54,054 nt of DNA. It comes from an uncultured Clostridia bacterium (GTDB lineage Bacteria; Bacillota; Clostridia; Oscillospirales; Oscillospiraceae). Below the pieces are notes generated by a model. The model searched no databases. It was not told the origin of the DNA and was given only the letters and a program-made list of their open reading frames with translations. The stretch is from assembly GCA_946542465.1 (NCBI GenBank), contig CAMNKQ010000001.1:1-54054 (forward strand), given 5' to 3'. Of this stretch, positions 33,160-42,513 are shown piece after piece. The translations under genes and the position numbers were made by a program. Within the stretch, counting starts at the first letter, position 1; every line of letters begins with the position of its first letter.

Positions 33160-34029
33160 ATGGCAGCAAAAGAGAAAAAAGGCCTGGGCATCGGTCTCGA
33201 CGCCCTGTTCGCCGCCAACGACTATGAGGAAGAACCGGGCTCCGAACTGCTGATCCTGCCGATCAGTAAAGTGGAACCCCGGGAGGATCAGCCTCGAGAT
33301 TATTTTGATCCCCAGGCTCTGCAGGAGCTCTCCGACTCCATTGCCCAGTACGGTCTGATCCAGCCGATCACCGTGCGAAAGCTGGATAACGGCTATTATC
33401 AGATCATTGCCGGCGAGCGCCGCTGGCGCGCCTCGCGTATGGCGGGACTCACGGAAGTGCCGGTCCGCGTCCTGGAGGCCGACGACCGCCGCACGGCGGA
33501 GCTGGCGCTGGTGGAAAACCTGCAGCGGGAGGATCTGAATCCCATTGAAGAGGCCAAGGGCTATCAGACCCTGATGCACGATTTTGGCCTGACCCAGGAG
33601 GAGACGGCGAAAAGTGTGGGCCGTTCCCGCCCCGCCGTGGCCAATTCCCTGCGGCTTTTGAGTCTCACACCGCCGGTGATGGAACTGGTGGAAAAAGGGG
33701 AGCTCTCCGCCGGCCACGCCCGCGCGCTGATTCCCATTGAAAACGGAGCCGATCAGCTCAATGCCGCCCAGGAAGTGATCAAAAAATCTCTTTCCGTGCG
33801 GAAAACCGAACGTATGGCCGCCCGTCTCTGCCGCCCGGCGGAGGAAAAGCCGGAGGAAAGTGGGGACGAGCTCAGCGTGGATTACGTGGCCGAGCTCTCT
33901 GAAGAACTCAGCAAGAAGCTGGGGAGAAAGGTGAGACTGGTGGACGGTAAGCGCAGCGGCCGTATTGAACTGGAATTCTACGGCGCCGAGGATCGGGAAA
34001 AGCTGATTGATCAGTTGAGACGCTTGTAA
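33160..34029 (+). CDS. parB: ParB/Spo0J
   Basis: IQPITVRK....[13 protein letters not shown] and [13 protein letters not shown]. Confidence 0.95.
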   Translation: MAAKEKKGLGIGLDALFAANDYEEEPGSELLILPISKVEPREDQPRDYFDPQALQELSDSIAQYGLIQPITVRKLDNGYYQIIAGERRWRASRMAGLTEVPVRVLEADDRRTAELALVENLQREDLNPIEEAKGYQTLMHDFGLTQEETAKSVGRSRPAVANSLRLLSLTPPVMELVEKGELSAGHARALIPIENGADQLNAAQEVIKKSLSVRKTERMAARLCRPAEEKPEESGDELSVDYVAELSEELSKKLGRKVRLVDGKRSGRIELEFYGAEDREKLIDQLRRL

Positions 34030-34058
34030 TATAATATGATGATATAGGAGTAAATCGT

Positions 34059-35378
34059 ATGTTAGACATTAAGTTTGTCCGGGAAAATCCGGATCTGGTC
34101 AAGGAGAACATCAAAAAGAAATTTCAGGACGCCAAGCTCCCCATGGTGGATGAGGTGCTGGAGCTGGATGCGAAGAATCGCGCTGCCATCACCGAGGCCA
34201 GCGATCTGCGCGCCCGGAAAAACGCCCTGAGCAAGGCCAACGGCCCCCTCTTTGGAAAACTGAAAAAGGCCGAGGGCGAGGAGAAAGCCGCCATTCAGGC
34301 TCAGATCGATGCCAACATGGCCGCCGTCAAGGCGGATGACGAGCGCCTGGCGGAACTGGAGACGCTGGAGGAGGACTACGCCAAGCGCATCCACAGCCTG
34401 ATGCTGAACATCCCGAACATCATCGATCCCTCCGTCCCCATCGGCCCGGACGACAGCTGCAACGTGGAAGTACAGCGCTTTGGCGAGCCGGTGGTGCCGC
34501 CCTATGAGATCCCCTATCACACCGACATTATGGAGCGCTTCAACGGCGTGGACATGGACGCGGCCGGCCGTGTCTCCGGCAACGGTTTCTATTATCTGAT
34601 GGGCGATATTGCCCGTCTGCACTCCGCCGTTCTGGCCTACGCCCGTGATTTTATGATCAACAAGGGCTTTATCTACTGTATCCCCCCCTTCATGATCCAC
34701 GGCAACGTGGTGGAGGGCGTCATGAGCCAGACCGATATGGACGCCATGATGTATAAAATTGAGGGCGAGGATCTCTACCTGATCGGCACCTCCGAGCACT
34801 CCATGATCGGAAAGTTTATCGATCAGATCATTCCCGAGGCCTCTCTGCCCCAGACGCTGACCAGCTATTCCCCCTGCTTCCGCAAGGAGAAGGGCGCCCA
34901 CGGCATTGAAGAGCGCGGCGTCTACCGCATCCACCAGTTTGAAAAGCAGGAGATGATCGTGGTCTGCAAGCCCGAGGACTCCATGGCCTGGTACGAAAAG
35001 ATGTGGCGCTTCTCGGTGGAGCTCTTCCGCAGCATGGGGATCCCCGTACGCCAGCTGGAGTGCTGCTCCGGCGACCTGGCCGATCTGAAGGTCAAGTCCT
35101 GCGATATTGAAGCCTGGTCCCCCCGTCAGCAGAAGTATTTTGAGGTCTGCTCTTGCTCCAACCTGGGTGATGCCCAGGCCCGCCGCCTGAAAATGCGCGT
35201 CAAGGGCGCCGACGGCAAGACCTATCTGCCCCACACTCTGAACAATACCGTCGTCGCGCCTCCCCGTATGCTGATCGCCTTCCTGGAAAATCACCTCCAG
35301 GCCGACGGCAGTGTCACGATCCCCGAGGTGCTGCGCCCCTACATGGGCGGCATTGAGATTCTGATCCCCAAAAAGTAA
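34059..35378 (+). CDS. serS: Seryl-tRNA synthetase
   Basis: MLDIKFVRENPD, class II motifs, and TLNNTVVA near the C-terminus. Confidence 0.95.
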   Translation: MLDIKFVRENPDLVKENIKKKFQDAKLPMVDEVLELDAKNRAAITEASDLRARKNALSKANGPLFGKLKKAEGEEKAAIQAQIDANMAAVKADDERLAELETLEEDYAKRIHSLMLNIPNIIDPSVPIGPDDSCNVEVQRFGEPVVPPYEIPYHTDIMERFNGVDMDAAGRVSGNGFYYLMGDIARLHSAVLAYARDFMINKGFIYCIPPFMIHGNVVEGVMSQTDMDAMMYKIEGEDLYLIGTSEHSMIGKFIDQIIPEASLPQTLTSYSPCFRKEKGAHGIEERGVYRIHQFEKQEMIVVCKPEDSMAWYEKMWRFSVELFRSMGIPVRQLECCSGDLADLKVKSCDIEAWSPRQQKYFEVCSCSNLGDAQARRLKMRVKGADGKTYLPHTLNNTVVAPPRMLIAFLENHLQADGSVTIPEVLRPYMGGIEILIPKK

Positions 35379-35451
35379 GCGTCCCACACCATACTGCAGT
35401 CCTGTCTCCCCTTGGGGAGCTTGACAATACATACCAAAGGAGAAAAGAAGA

Positions 35452-35883
35452 ATGAAGAAGTTTTTTGACGAGTTTAAAGCCTTTATTTCCCGCGGCAACG
35501 TGATGGACATGGCCATCGGCGTTATCGTCGGCGGTGCGTTCGGCGCCATCACCGGCTCCCTGGTGAACGACGTGGTCACCCCGCTGCTGGCCTTCCTGTT
35601 CAATTCCCCCAACACCGATGCCCTGAACATCACCCTCCGCGCCGCCACCGAGGAGGCTGACGCTGTCGTTCTCGGTCTCGGCACCTTTGTCGGCACCATC
35701 ATCAACTTCCTGGTCATCGCGCTGGTGCTCTTCTCTGTTATCAAGGCCATGAACAAGGCCCATGAGCTGGCCGAGAAGGCCAAGAAAAAAGAAGAGGAAG
35801 CCGCTGCCGAGGAAGAGGAGCCCAAGCCCACCACCGAAGAGCTGCTCGGCGCCATCCTCGAGGAGCTGAAGAAGAAAGACTGA
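35452..35883 (+). CDS. mscL: Large-conductance mechanosensitive channel
   Basis: FKAFISRGNVMDMAIGVIVGGAFG.I..SLV.D...P. Confidence 0.9.
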   Translation: MKKFFDEFKAFISRGNVMDMAIGVIVGGAFGAITGSLVNDVVTPLLAFLFNSPNTDALNITLRAATEEADAVVLGLGTFVGTIINFLVIALVLFSVIKAMNKAHELAEKAKKKEEEAAAEEEEPKPTTEELLGAILEELKKKD

Positions 35884-35903
35884 TTTCTTTCTCTGCAAAA
35901 AAC

Positions 35904-35935
35904 CAGACCTGGATTTATCCGGGTCTGATTTTTTT
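35904..35935 (+). terminator. Rho-independent terminator of mscL
   Basis: CAGACCTGG atttat CCGGGTCTG followed by ATTTTTTT. Confidence 0.75.
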
Positions 35936-35998
35936 GCTGCCTTTTTGGAAATATACAGATATAGGAGCCTGTTTTCCTACATTATATATATTTAGTTA

Positions 35999-36027
35999 TT
36001 GCAAAGCTGTTGAAAATTTGGTATACT
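35999..36027 (+). promoter_or_regulatory. Candidate dnaA promoter (TTGCAA-17-TATACT)
   Basis: Read directly. An AT-rich tract lies just upstream. Confidence 0.5.
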
Positions 36028-36072
36028 GGATAAGTTAGGAATACTGCGATAATTTGCCTCGAGGTGTCGTGC

Positions 36073-37389
36073 ATGAATTCGCTTCAAGAAATATGGAATG
36101 AGATCATTCGCATTCTCTCTCAACAGCTGACCCCCACCGCCATCACCACCTGGTTCTCCGACTGTGAGCCGGTGGATATGGAGGACTGCCGTCTGATCCT
36201 GCATACCACGTCCAACTTCAAACGGGATATCATCCTACAGCGCTTCGGCGATACCATCAAGGCGGCGCTGTCGGATCTCTTCTCCTGCGATTTTGACATT
36301 CTGGTTCTGGCCGGGGACGAGCTGAACGACTACGTCTCCAAATCCAAGGAGGATACCTCCCTGCCCGAGATGGCCGGCTATACCTTCGATCGCTTTATCG
36401 TTGGCAACTCCAACAAGTTTGCCCATGCCGCCGCCATCGCCGTGGCGGAGAAGCCGGGAAAAAATTACAATCCCCTCTTCATCTACGGCAATTCCGGCCT
36501 GGGTAAGACCCACCTGCTCATGGCCATCGGCCACACGATCCAGAACCGGGATCCCTCCGCGAAAATTGCCTACATCAAGGGCGATGAATTCACCATTCAG
36601 CTGGTGAAGGCCATCAAAGAGGGTACGACCGACGATTTCCGCACCCGCTTCCGGAAAGTGGATCTCCTGCTGGTGGACGATATTCAGTTTATCGCCGGCA
36701 AGCAGAGTACCCAGGAGGAATTCTTTCACACCTTTAACGCCATCTATGAGGCCGGACATCAGATCGTTATCACCTCGGACCGCCCACCGCTGGAGATGTC
36801 CCTGCTGGACGACCGGCTGCGCACCCGCTTTGAGGGCGGCCTGATGGCGGATATTCAGCCCCCCGATCTGGAGACGCGCATGGCCATCACCCGCAACAAA
36901 GCCGCGCTGCTGGGGCTGATCCTCTCCGACGACGCGGTGGAATACATCGCCACCAACATCACCGCCAACATCCGCCAGATTGAGGGCGTCATCAAGCGCC
37001 TGACCGCGTATAAAGAGATCCTCAACGACGTCATCACCATCGACTCCGTCAAGCGCGCCATCGAGGATATGATCCGCACCGGGGACAACATCCCCAAGCC
37101 CGACAACATCATCCGCGAGACCGCCAAGTTCTACTCCCTGCGGGAGGAGGATCTGCGGGGGCAGAGCCGTTCGAAGAACACCACCATGGCCCGTCAGGTC
37201 TCCATGTTCCTCATGCGCCAGCTCACCAACCTCTCCTTAAAGGATATCGGCGAGGAATACGAGGGCCGCAATCACGCCACCGTTCTCTCCTCCATCCGCA
37301 AGGTGGAGGATCTGGTGACGAAGGATCCGAAAATGGCCGGGATCGTCCGGGATATCACCTCCAACATCACCTCCAACACGGGTCTCTGA
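36073..37389 (+). CDS. dnaA: Chromosomal replication initiator DnaA
   Basis: YNPLFIYGNSGLGKTHLL, LLVDDIQF, and C-terminal domain IV. Start at MNSLQEIW. Confidence 0.95.
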   Translation: MNSLQEIWNEIIRILSQQLTPTAITTWFSDCEPVDMEDCRLILHTTSNFKRDIILQRFGDTIKAALSDLFSCDFDILVLAGDELNDYVSKSKEDTSLPEMAGYTFDRFIVGNSNKFAHAAAIAVAEKPGKNYNPLFIYGNSGLGKTHLLMAIGHTIQNRDPSAKIAYIKGDEFTIQLVKAIKEGTTDDFRTRFRKVDLLLVDDIQFIAGKQSTQEEFFHTFNAIYEAGHQIVITSDRPPLEMSLLDDRLRTRFEGGLMADIQPPDLETRMAITRNKAALLGLILSDDAVEYIATNITANIRQIEGVIKRLTAYKEILNDVITIDSVKRAIEDMIRTGDNIPKPDNIIRETAKFYSLREEDLRGQSRSKNTTMARQVSMFLMRQLTNLSLKDIGEEYEGRNHATVLSSIRKVEDLVTKDPKMAGIVRDITSNITSNTGL

Positions 37390-37424
37390 TACTGTTTTCC
37401 GATTTAACTCTTTCCCTAGTATGA

Positions 37425-37625
37425 GTTTCCACAATTTCACTGTGGATTGTGAAAAGCCGCCCTGTGGAAAGTTTTGTTTTTCTTTTTTCTGTGGAAATCT
37501 CTTCTCTTTTCAACAAAACGACAAACGTCAAAAACGCCCGTCTCCCAAGGCTTTGACGGGGTTTTCCACAGATTTTTGCTCTACAACAAGAACAACAAAA
37601 AAATTTATAAAATAAATAGATAACA
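37425..37625. other. oriC: DnaA-box cluster plus AT-rich unwinding region in the dnaA-dnaN intergenic region
   Basis: Five TT(A/T)TCCACA-like boxes: 37425-37433, 37441-37449, 37463-37471, 37490-37498, 37562-37570. Followed by ACAACAAGAACAACAAAAAAATTTATAAAATAAATAGATAA. Confidence 0.75.
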
Positions 37626-37663
37626 GACTATTGTTTCGAAAAAACGGAAACGGAGGAAACAAC

Positions 37664-38773
37664 ATGAAATTCTCTTGCGAAAAATATCTTCTCCAGAACG
37701 CCTGCGCCACGGCCAGCCGCGCCGCCGCCTCCAAGAGCCCGATCCAGGCGCTGGAAGGTCTGCTTCTGGAGGCCGGCGCCGATCTGAAGGTGACCGGTTA
37801 CGATCTGAAAAAGGGCATCTATACCACGGTTGGCGCCGATATCGCCCAGGGCGGCTCCATTGTTGTCAGCGCCCGGCTCTTCGGCGACATCATCCGCAAG
37901 CTGCCCGACGGCATTGTGACCGTGACGACGGATAACCTGAACGTCAACGTCAAATGCGGCAAGAGTGATTTCACCTTCATGGGTCTCAGCCCCGAGGACT
38001 ATCCGGAGATGCCCGTGGTGGACGGGGAGAACAACATCGCCCTGCCGGAGAAAATCCTGCGCAGCATGATCAACCAGACCATCTTCGCCGTCTCCGACAG
38101 CGATGTGCGCCCCATCTATACCGGCACCCTCTTTGAGGTCAACGGCGATGAGCTGACCCTCGTCTCCATCGACGGCTATCGCCTGGCCAAGCGCAGCGAG
38201 AAGCTGGAGAACGCCAAAATGGAAAACTGCAGCTTTGTCGTGCCCGGCGCGGCCCTATCGGATATCGAGCGCATCTGCGAGGATAAGGACGATCTGGTGA
38301 GCATCTCCGTCGGCGCCAAGCACATCTCCTTCGCCATCGGCGAGACCGTGGTGATCTCCCGCCGCCTGGAGGGCGAGTTCCTGAATTATCGCAAGTCCAT
38401 CCCCGAGAATTTCCGCCATGTGATCAAGGTGGAGCGGAGCGAATTCATGTCCGTCATCGACCGCGTCTCCCTGATCATCAGCGAGAAGAACAGCAGTCCC
38501 GTGCATCTCTTCTTCAATGACGGCAGCATCGACTGCTTCTGCGTCACGCCCATCGGCAAGGCGGAGGATACCTGCCTGTGCGAGGGCAGCGGCGACGGCC
38601 TGGAGATCGGCTTCAACGACCGCTATCTGATGGACGCGCTGAAGGCCTCCGGCAAGGATGAGCTGCATGTCTGCCTCAATACCGCCTCCTCCCCCTGCAT
38701 CATCAAGGCGGCCGACGGCAGCGAGGGCTTTACCTATATGATTCTGCCGGTGCGTCTGCGCTCCGGGGACTGA
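37664..38773 (+). CDS. dnaN: DNA polymerase III beta sliding clamp
   Basis: MKFSCEKY.L......A...A......I.ALEG.LLEA. Three-domain length. Confidence 0.95.
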   Translation: MKFSCEKYLLQNACATASRAAASKSPIQALEGLLLEAGADLKVTGYDLKKGIYTTVGADIAQGGSIVVSARLFGDIIRKLPDGIVTVTTDNLNVNVKCGKSDFTFMGLSPEDYPEMPVVDGENNIALPEKILRSMINQTIFAVSDSDVRPIYTGTLFEVNGDELTLVSIDGYRLAKRSEKLENAKMENCSFVVPGAALSDIERICEDKDDLVSISVGAKHISFAIGETVVISRRLEGEFLNYRKSIPENFRHVIKVERSEFMSVIDRVSLIISEKNSSPVHLFFNDGSIDCFCVTPIGKAEDTCLCEGSGDGLEIGFNDRYLMDALKASGKDELHVCLNTASSPCIIKAADGSEGFTYMILPVRLRSGD

Positions 38774-38785
38774 GTTTGAACAAGT

Positions 38786-38998
38786 ATGGAAAAAATAGCC
38801 ATTGAAACGGAATTCATCAAGCTGGATTCCCTGCTGAAATACGCCGCCCTGGTGGGAACCGGCGGCGAGGCCAAATACGTGATCGCCGAGGGCCTGGTCC
38901 GCGTCAACGGAGAAGTCTGCACCATGCGGGGCAAGAAAATCCGCCCGGGCGACACGGTGAGCTTTGACCAGTTCCAGCTGGAAGTTACGCAGGCATGA
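38786..38998 (+). CDS. yaaA: S4-domain RNA-binding protein YaaA
   Basis: I.LDSLLKYA......GGEAK..I..G.V.VNGE....RGKKIRPGD. Conserved position. Confidence 0.85.
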   Translation: MEKIAIETEFIKLDSLLKYAALVGTGGEAKYVIAEGLVRVNGEVCTMRGKKIRPGDTVSFDQFQLEVTQA

Positions 38999-40095
38999 GA
39001 GTCGATAAGATCGCGCTGAACGGCTTTCGCAATTACGAGTGGGAGACTGTCAGCTTCGACGCCGGCACCAATGTGATCTCCGGGCCCAACGCCCAGGGAA
39101 AGACCAATCTGCTGGAGGCCGTCTACATGCTCTCCTGCGGGCGCAGCTTTCGCACCCGCTTTGACCGGGAACTGGTGGGCTTTGACTTTTCCGAGGCCGA
39201 TATCCTGGCGGATGTGTACAGCCATGACCGGGCACAGACGATCAATCTCCGCCTGCGGCCGGGACAGACGAAGAAAATCACGGTAAACTCCGTGCGGAAA
39301 ACCGCCTCCGAGCTCTCGGAGCTCATGAACGTGGTGCTCTTCTGTCCGGACGATCTGAACCTCATCAAGGAGGGCGCCGCGGTACGACGGCGCCTGCTGG
39401 ATAACGCCATCAGTCAGATCCGCCCGCGCTATGGGGAGATCCTGTCGGAGTTTAATAAGCTCTACGAGCACAAGACCCGGATCCTGAAGGACTGGCGGGA
39501 GAAACCATCCCTGCTGGATACACTGGATGAGTTTTCCGACGGCATGTGTCGGGCCTCGGCCCAGCTGATCCGCTATCGGGCGGCCTTTACCGCCCGGCTC
39601 AACGAGGCGGCGCCCCCCATCCACCGGGAGTTTTCCGGCGAGGGGGAGCAGCTGGATATCCAGTATAAGACCGTGAGCACGGTGCGGGATCCCTTCGCCT
39701 CGGCCAAGGAAATCTATTATGACCTCTGTGACCATCAGGAGAAGCACCGGCAGGCGGAGCTGGACAGCGCCCAGTGCCTCTCCGGCGCCCATAAGGACGA
39801 TCTGGAGATCGCCATCAACGGCCGCCCGGCCCGGAGCTTTGCCTCCCAGGGTCAGACGCGGACGGCGGCCCTGTCCCTGAAGCTGGCCGAGCGGGAGATC
39901 TTTCTGGCGGAGACGGGGGAATATCCGGTGCTGCTGCTGGATGACGTGCTCTCCGAACTGGACAGCCGGCGACAGGAATTCGTGCTCAACCGCATCGGCG
40001 GGGGTCAGACCCTGATCACCTGCTGTGAGGATGACGATATCTCCGCCCGTACCGGCGGCAAGGTACTCTTTATCGACAAGGGGCGGATCCGGTGA
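38995..40095 (+). CDS. recF: DNA replication and repair protein RecF
   Basis: [13 protein letters not shown] Walker A and [15 protein letters not shown] overlap with yaaA. Confidence 0.95.
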   Translation: MRVDKIALNGFRNYEWETVSFDAGTNVISGPNAQGKTNLLEAVYMLSCGRSFRTRFDRELVGFDFSEADILADVYSHDRAQTINLRLRPGQTKKITVNSVRKTASELSELMNVVLFCPDDLNLIKEGAAVRRRLLDNAISQIRPRYGEILSEFNKLYEHKTRILKDWREKPSLLDTLDEFSDGMCRASAQLIRYRAAFTARLNEAAPPIHREFSGEGEQLDIQYKTVSTVRDPFASAKEIYYDLCDHQEKHRQAELDSAQCLSGAHKDDLEIAINGRPARSFASQGQTRTAALSLKLAEREIFLAETGEYPVLLLDDVLSELDSRRQEFVLNRIGGGQTLITCCEDDDISARTGGKVLFIDKGRIR

Positions 40096-40352
40096 GCTAT
40101 CTGCATCTGGGAAAAGGGACGGTCGTCAACACGGCCCATATCGTTGGAATTTTCGATCTGGATATCACCTCCCAGTCCCATTTGACGCGCTTCTATCTGC
40201 GTGAGGCTGAGCAGGCCGGGCAGGTCGTGAACGCGGCGGAGGATATTCCCAAGACCTTTGTGGTCTGCCGGGACGGGGAGACAACGCGGGTCTATCTGAG
40301 CCAGATGGCCTCCGCGACGCTGCTGCGCCGGGCGGAGACGGGAGAACTCTGA
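40092..40352 (+). CDS. remB: DUF370 (RemB-like) protein
   Basis: Position between recF and gyrB. LHLGKGTVVNT..IVGIFDLD pattern. GTG start overlapping the recF stop. Confidence 0.7.
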   Translation: MSYLHLGKGTVVNTAHIVGIFDLDITSQSHLTRFYLREAEQAGQVVNAAEDIPKTFVVCRDGETTRVYLSQMASATLLRRAETGEL

Positions 40353-40354
40353 TC

Positions 40355-40544
40355 AATTGCGAAATTCATTTTGCAATTGAGGACTCGCGCTTATCGCAGC
40401 GGGCAAAAGCCCGCTTTGGTCGGCGCGAGGGTTCGCTTGGCTCACCTCATGGTGTTTTTGAGGCGGCAAAGCTGCCTCAAAAACGATTTGAAATTTTTTC
40501 GGGACAAATATTCTAAGTCTGTCTGAGACTTTCCCAATCGGCTT
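40355..40544 (+). repeat. MITE-like intergenic repeat, copy C
   Basis: CAATTGCGAAAttcaTTTTGCAATTG ... GCGCTTATCGCAGCGGGCAAAAGCCCGC ... TTTTTGAGGCGGCAAAGCTGCCTCAAAAA ... TTTCCCAATCGGCT. Confidence 0.75.
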
Positions 40545-40571
40545 TTGTTATTTTTTGCTTTGGAGGAAACT

Positions 40572-42503
40572 ATGTCTGATATTACGGAAAAAGTCAGCCA
40601 GGAATATGACGCCAGTCAGATTCAGGTGCTGGAAGGTCTGGAAGCGGTGCGCAAGCGCCCCGGTATGTACATCGGGTCCACCTCCTCTTCCGGTCTGCAT
40701 CACCTGGTCTATGAGATCGTCGACAACTCCATCGACGAGGCCCTGGCCGGCTACTGCACCCACATTGAGGTGAGCATTGAGGAGGGCGATATCATTCGCG
40801 TCTCCGATAACGGCCGCGGCATCCCGGTGGATATCCAGGAGCAGACGGGCAAGTCGGCCTTGGAGGTCGTCTTTACCGTGCTGCACGCGGGCGGCAAGTT
40901 CGGCGGCGGAGGCTATAAGGTCTCCGGCGGCCTGCACGGCGTGGGCGCCTCGGTGGTCAACGCCCTGTCCGAGTGGCTGGAGGTCCAGGTCCACAAGGAC
41001 GGGAAGATCCATCAGATGCGCTTTTCCCGCGGCGATATCCTGGAGCACATCCACGTGGTGGGCGAGACTGACCGCACCGGCACTACTGTGCGCTTCAAGC
41101 CCGATCCCGAAATGTTTGACGATACGGTCTACGACTATGAGATCCTGCACACCCGCATGCGGGAGCAGGCCTTCCTCAACGGCGGCCTTACCATCACGCT
41201 GGAGGATCAGCGCGCGGGAAAGGAAAACCGGGAGACCATGTGCTACGAGGGCGGCATCCGGGAGTTTGTGAGCTACCTGAACAAGCACAAGAGTCCCATC
41301 CACGAGGAGGTCATCTATCTCTCCGGCAGCAAGGGGGACGCCATCGCGGAGGTGGCGCTGCAGTATAACGACAGCTATAATGAGACCATCGTCTCCTTTG
41401 CCAACGACATCCACACCCCCGAGGGCGGCATGCACGAGACCGGCTTCAAGACGGCCCTGACCCGTGTCATCAACGCCTATGGGCAGAAAAACAACATCAT
41501 CAAGGGGGAGGATAAGGTCTCCGGCGAGGACGTGCGCGAGGGCATTGCCGCCGTCATCTCCGTCAAGCTCCCCGAGGCCCAGTTCGAGGGTCAGACCAAG
41601 CAGAAGCTGGGCAATGCCTACATCCGCACCCTGGTGGACGGCATTGTGAACGACCAGCTCTCCGAGTATTTTGAAGAACATCCGGCCACGGCCAAGGCCA
41701 TTCTGGAGAAGGCCATGATGGCCAACCGGGCCCGCGAGGCCGCGCGAAAGGCCAAGGAGTCCGTCCGCCGCAAGACCGGGCTGGAGAGCGGGCAGATGCC
41801 CGACAAGCTCCAGGACTGCAACGAGCGGGATCCCTCCCTGTGCGAGCTGTACATCGTCGAGGGCGATTCCGCCGCCGGCTCCGCCATTCAGGGCCGCGAC
41901 AGCCGCTTCCAGGCGATCCTGGCCATGTGGGGCAAGATGCTCAACGTGGAAAAGGCCCGGGCCGATAAGATCTACGGCAACGACAAGCTCTATCCCCTGA
42001 TCGTGGCCATGGGCGCCGGCATCGGGGATGAGTTCAACATCGAGAAGCTTCGCTATCACAAGATCATCATCATGGCCGATGCCGATGTGGACGGCAGCCA
42101 CATCCGCACCCTGCTGCTGACCTTCTTCTTCCGCTATATGCGCCCGCTCATCGAGCACGGCTATGTCTATTCCGCGGTGCCCCCGCTCTATAAGCTGACC
42201 CGCGGCAAGACGCAGCGGGTGGCCTACTCCGACGAGGAGCGGGACCGCATCAGCAGCGAGATGCGCGGCGACAATCCCAACGTCAAGGTGGACATCAACC
42301 GCTTCAAAGGTCTGGGCGAGATGGACCCCCACGAGCTGTGGGAGACCACCATGGATCCGGAAAAGCGCTCTCTGCGCCGGATCACCCTGGGCGATGCGAT
42401 CATGGCCGACCAGGTCTTCACCGTCCTCATGGGCGAGGACGTGGAACCCCGGCGCGAGTGGATCGAGCAGAACGCCAAGTATGTCGTAAACCTGGATATT
42501 TAA
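40572..42503 (+). CDS. gyrB: DNA gyrase subunit B
   Basis: [38 protein letters not shown]. Confidence 0.97.
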   Translation: MSDITEKVSQEYDASQIQVLEGLEAVRKRPGMYIGSTSSSGLHHLVYEIVDNSIDEALAGYCTHIEVSIEEGDIIRVSDNGRGIPVDIQEQTGKSALEVVFTVLHAGGKFGGGGYKVSGGLHGVGASVVNALSEWLEVQVHKDGKIHQMRFSRGDILEHIHVVGETDRTGTTVRFKPDPEMFDDTVYDYEILHTRMREQAFLNGGLTITLEDQRAGKENRETMCYEGGIREFVSYLNKHKSPIHEEVIYLSGSKGDAIAEVALQYNDSYNETIVSFANDIHTPEGGMHETGFKTALTRVINAYGQKNNIIKGEDKVSGEDVREGIAAVISVKLPEAQFEGQTKQKLGNAYIRTLVDGIVNDQLSEYFEEHPATAKAILEKAMMANRAREAARKAKESVRRKTGLESGQMPDKLQDCNERDPSLCELYIVEGDSAAGSAIQGRDSRFQAILAMWGKMLNVEKARADKIYGNDKLYPLIVAMGAGIGDEFNIEKLRYHKIIIMADADVDGSHIRTLLLTFFFRYMRPLIEHGYVYSAVPPLYKLTRGKTQRVAYSDEERDRISSEMRGDNPNVKVDINRFKGLGEMDPHELWETTMDPEKRSLRRITLGDAIMADQVFTVLMGEDVEPRREWIEQNAKYVVNLDI

Positions 42504-42513
42504 GGAGTGTTCC

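Noticed and set aside
35936-36063. Second DnaA-box cluster upstream of dnaA (bipartite oriC)
   Set aside because: Only weak matches were found by eye (for example ACTGGATAA at 7/9). This is not enough to call, although a matrix scan could revise it.
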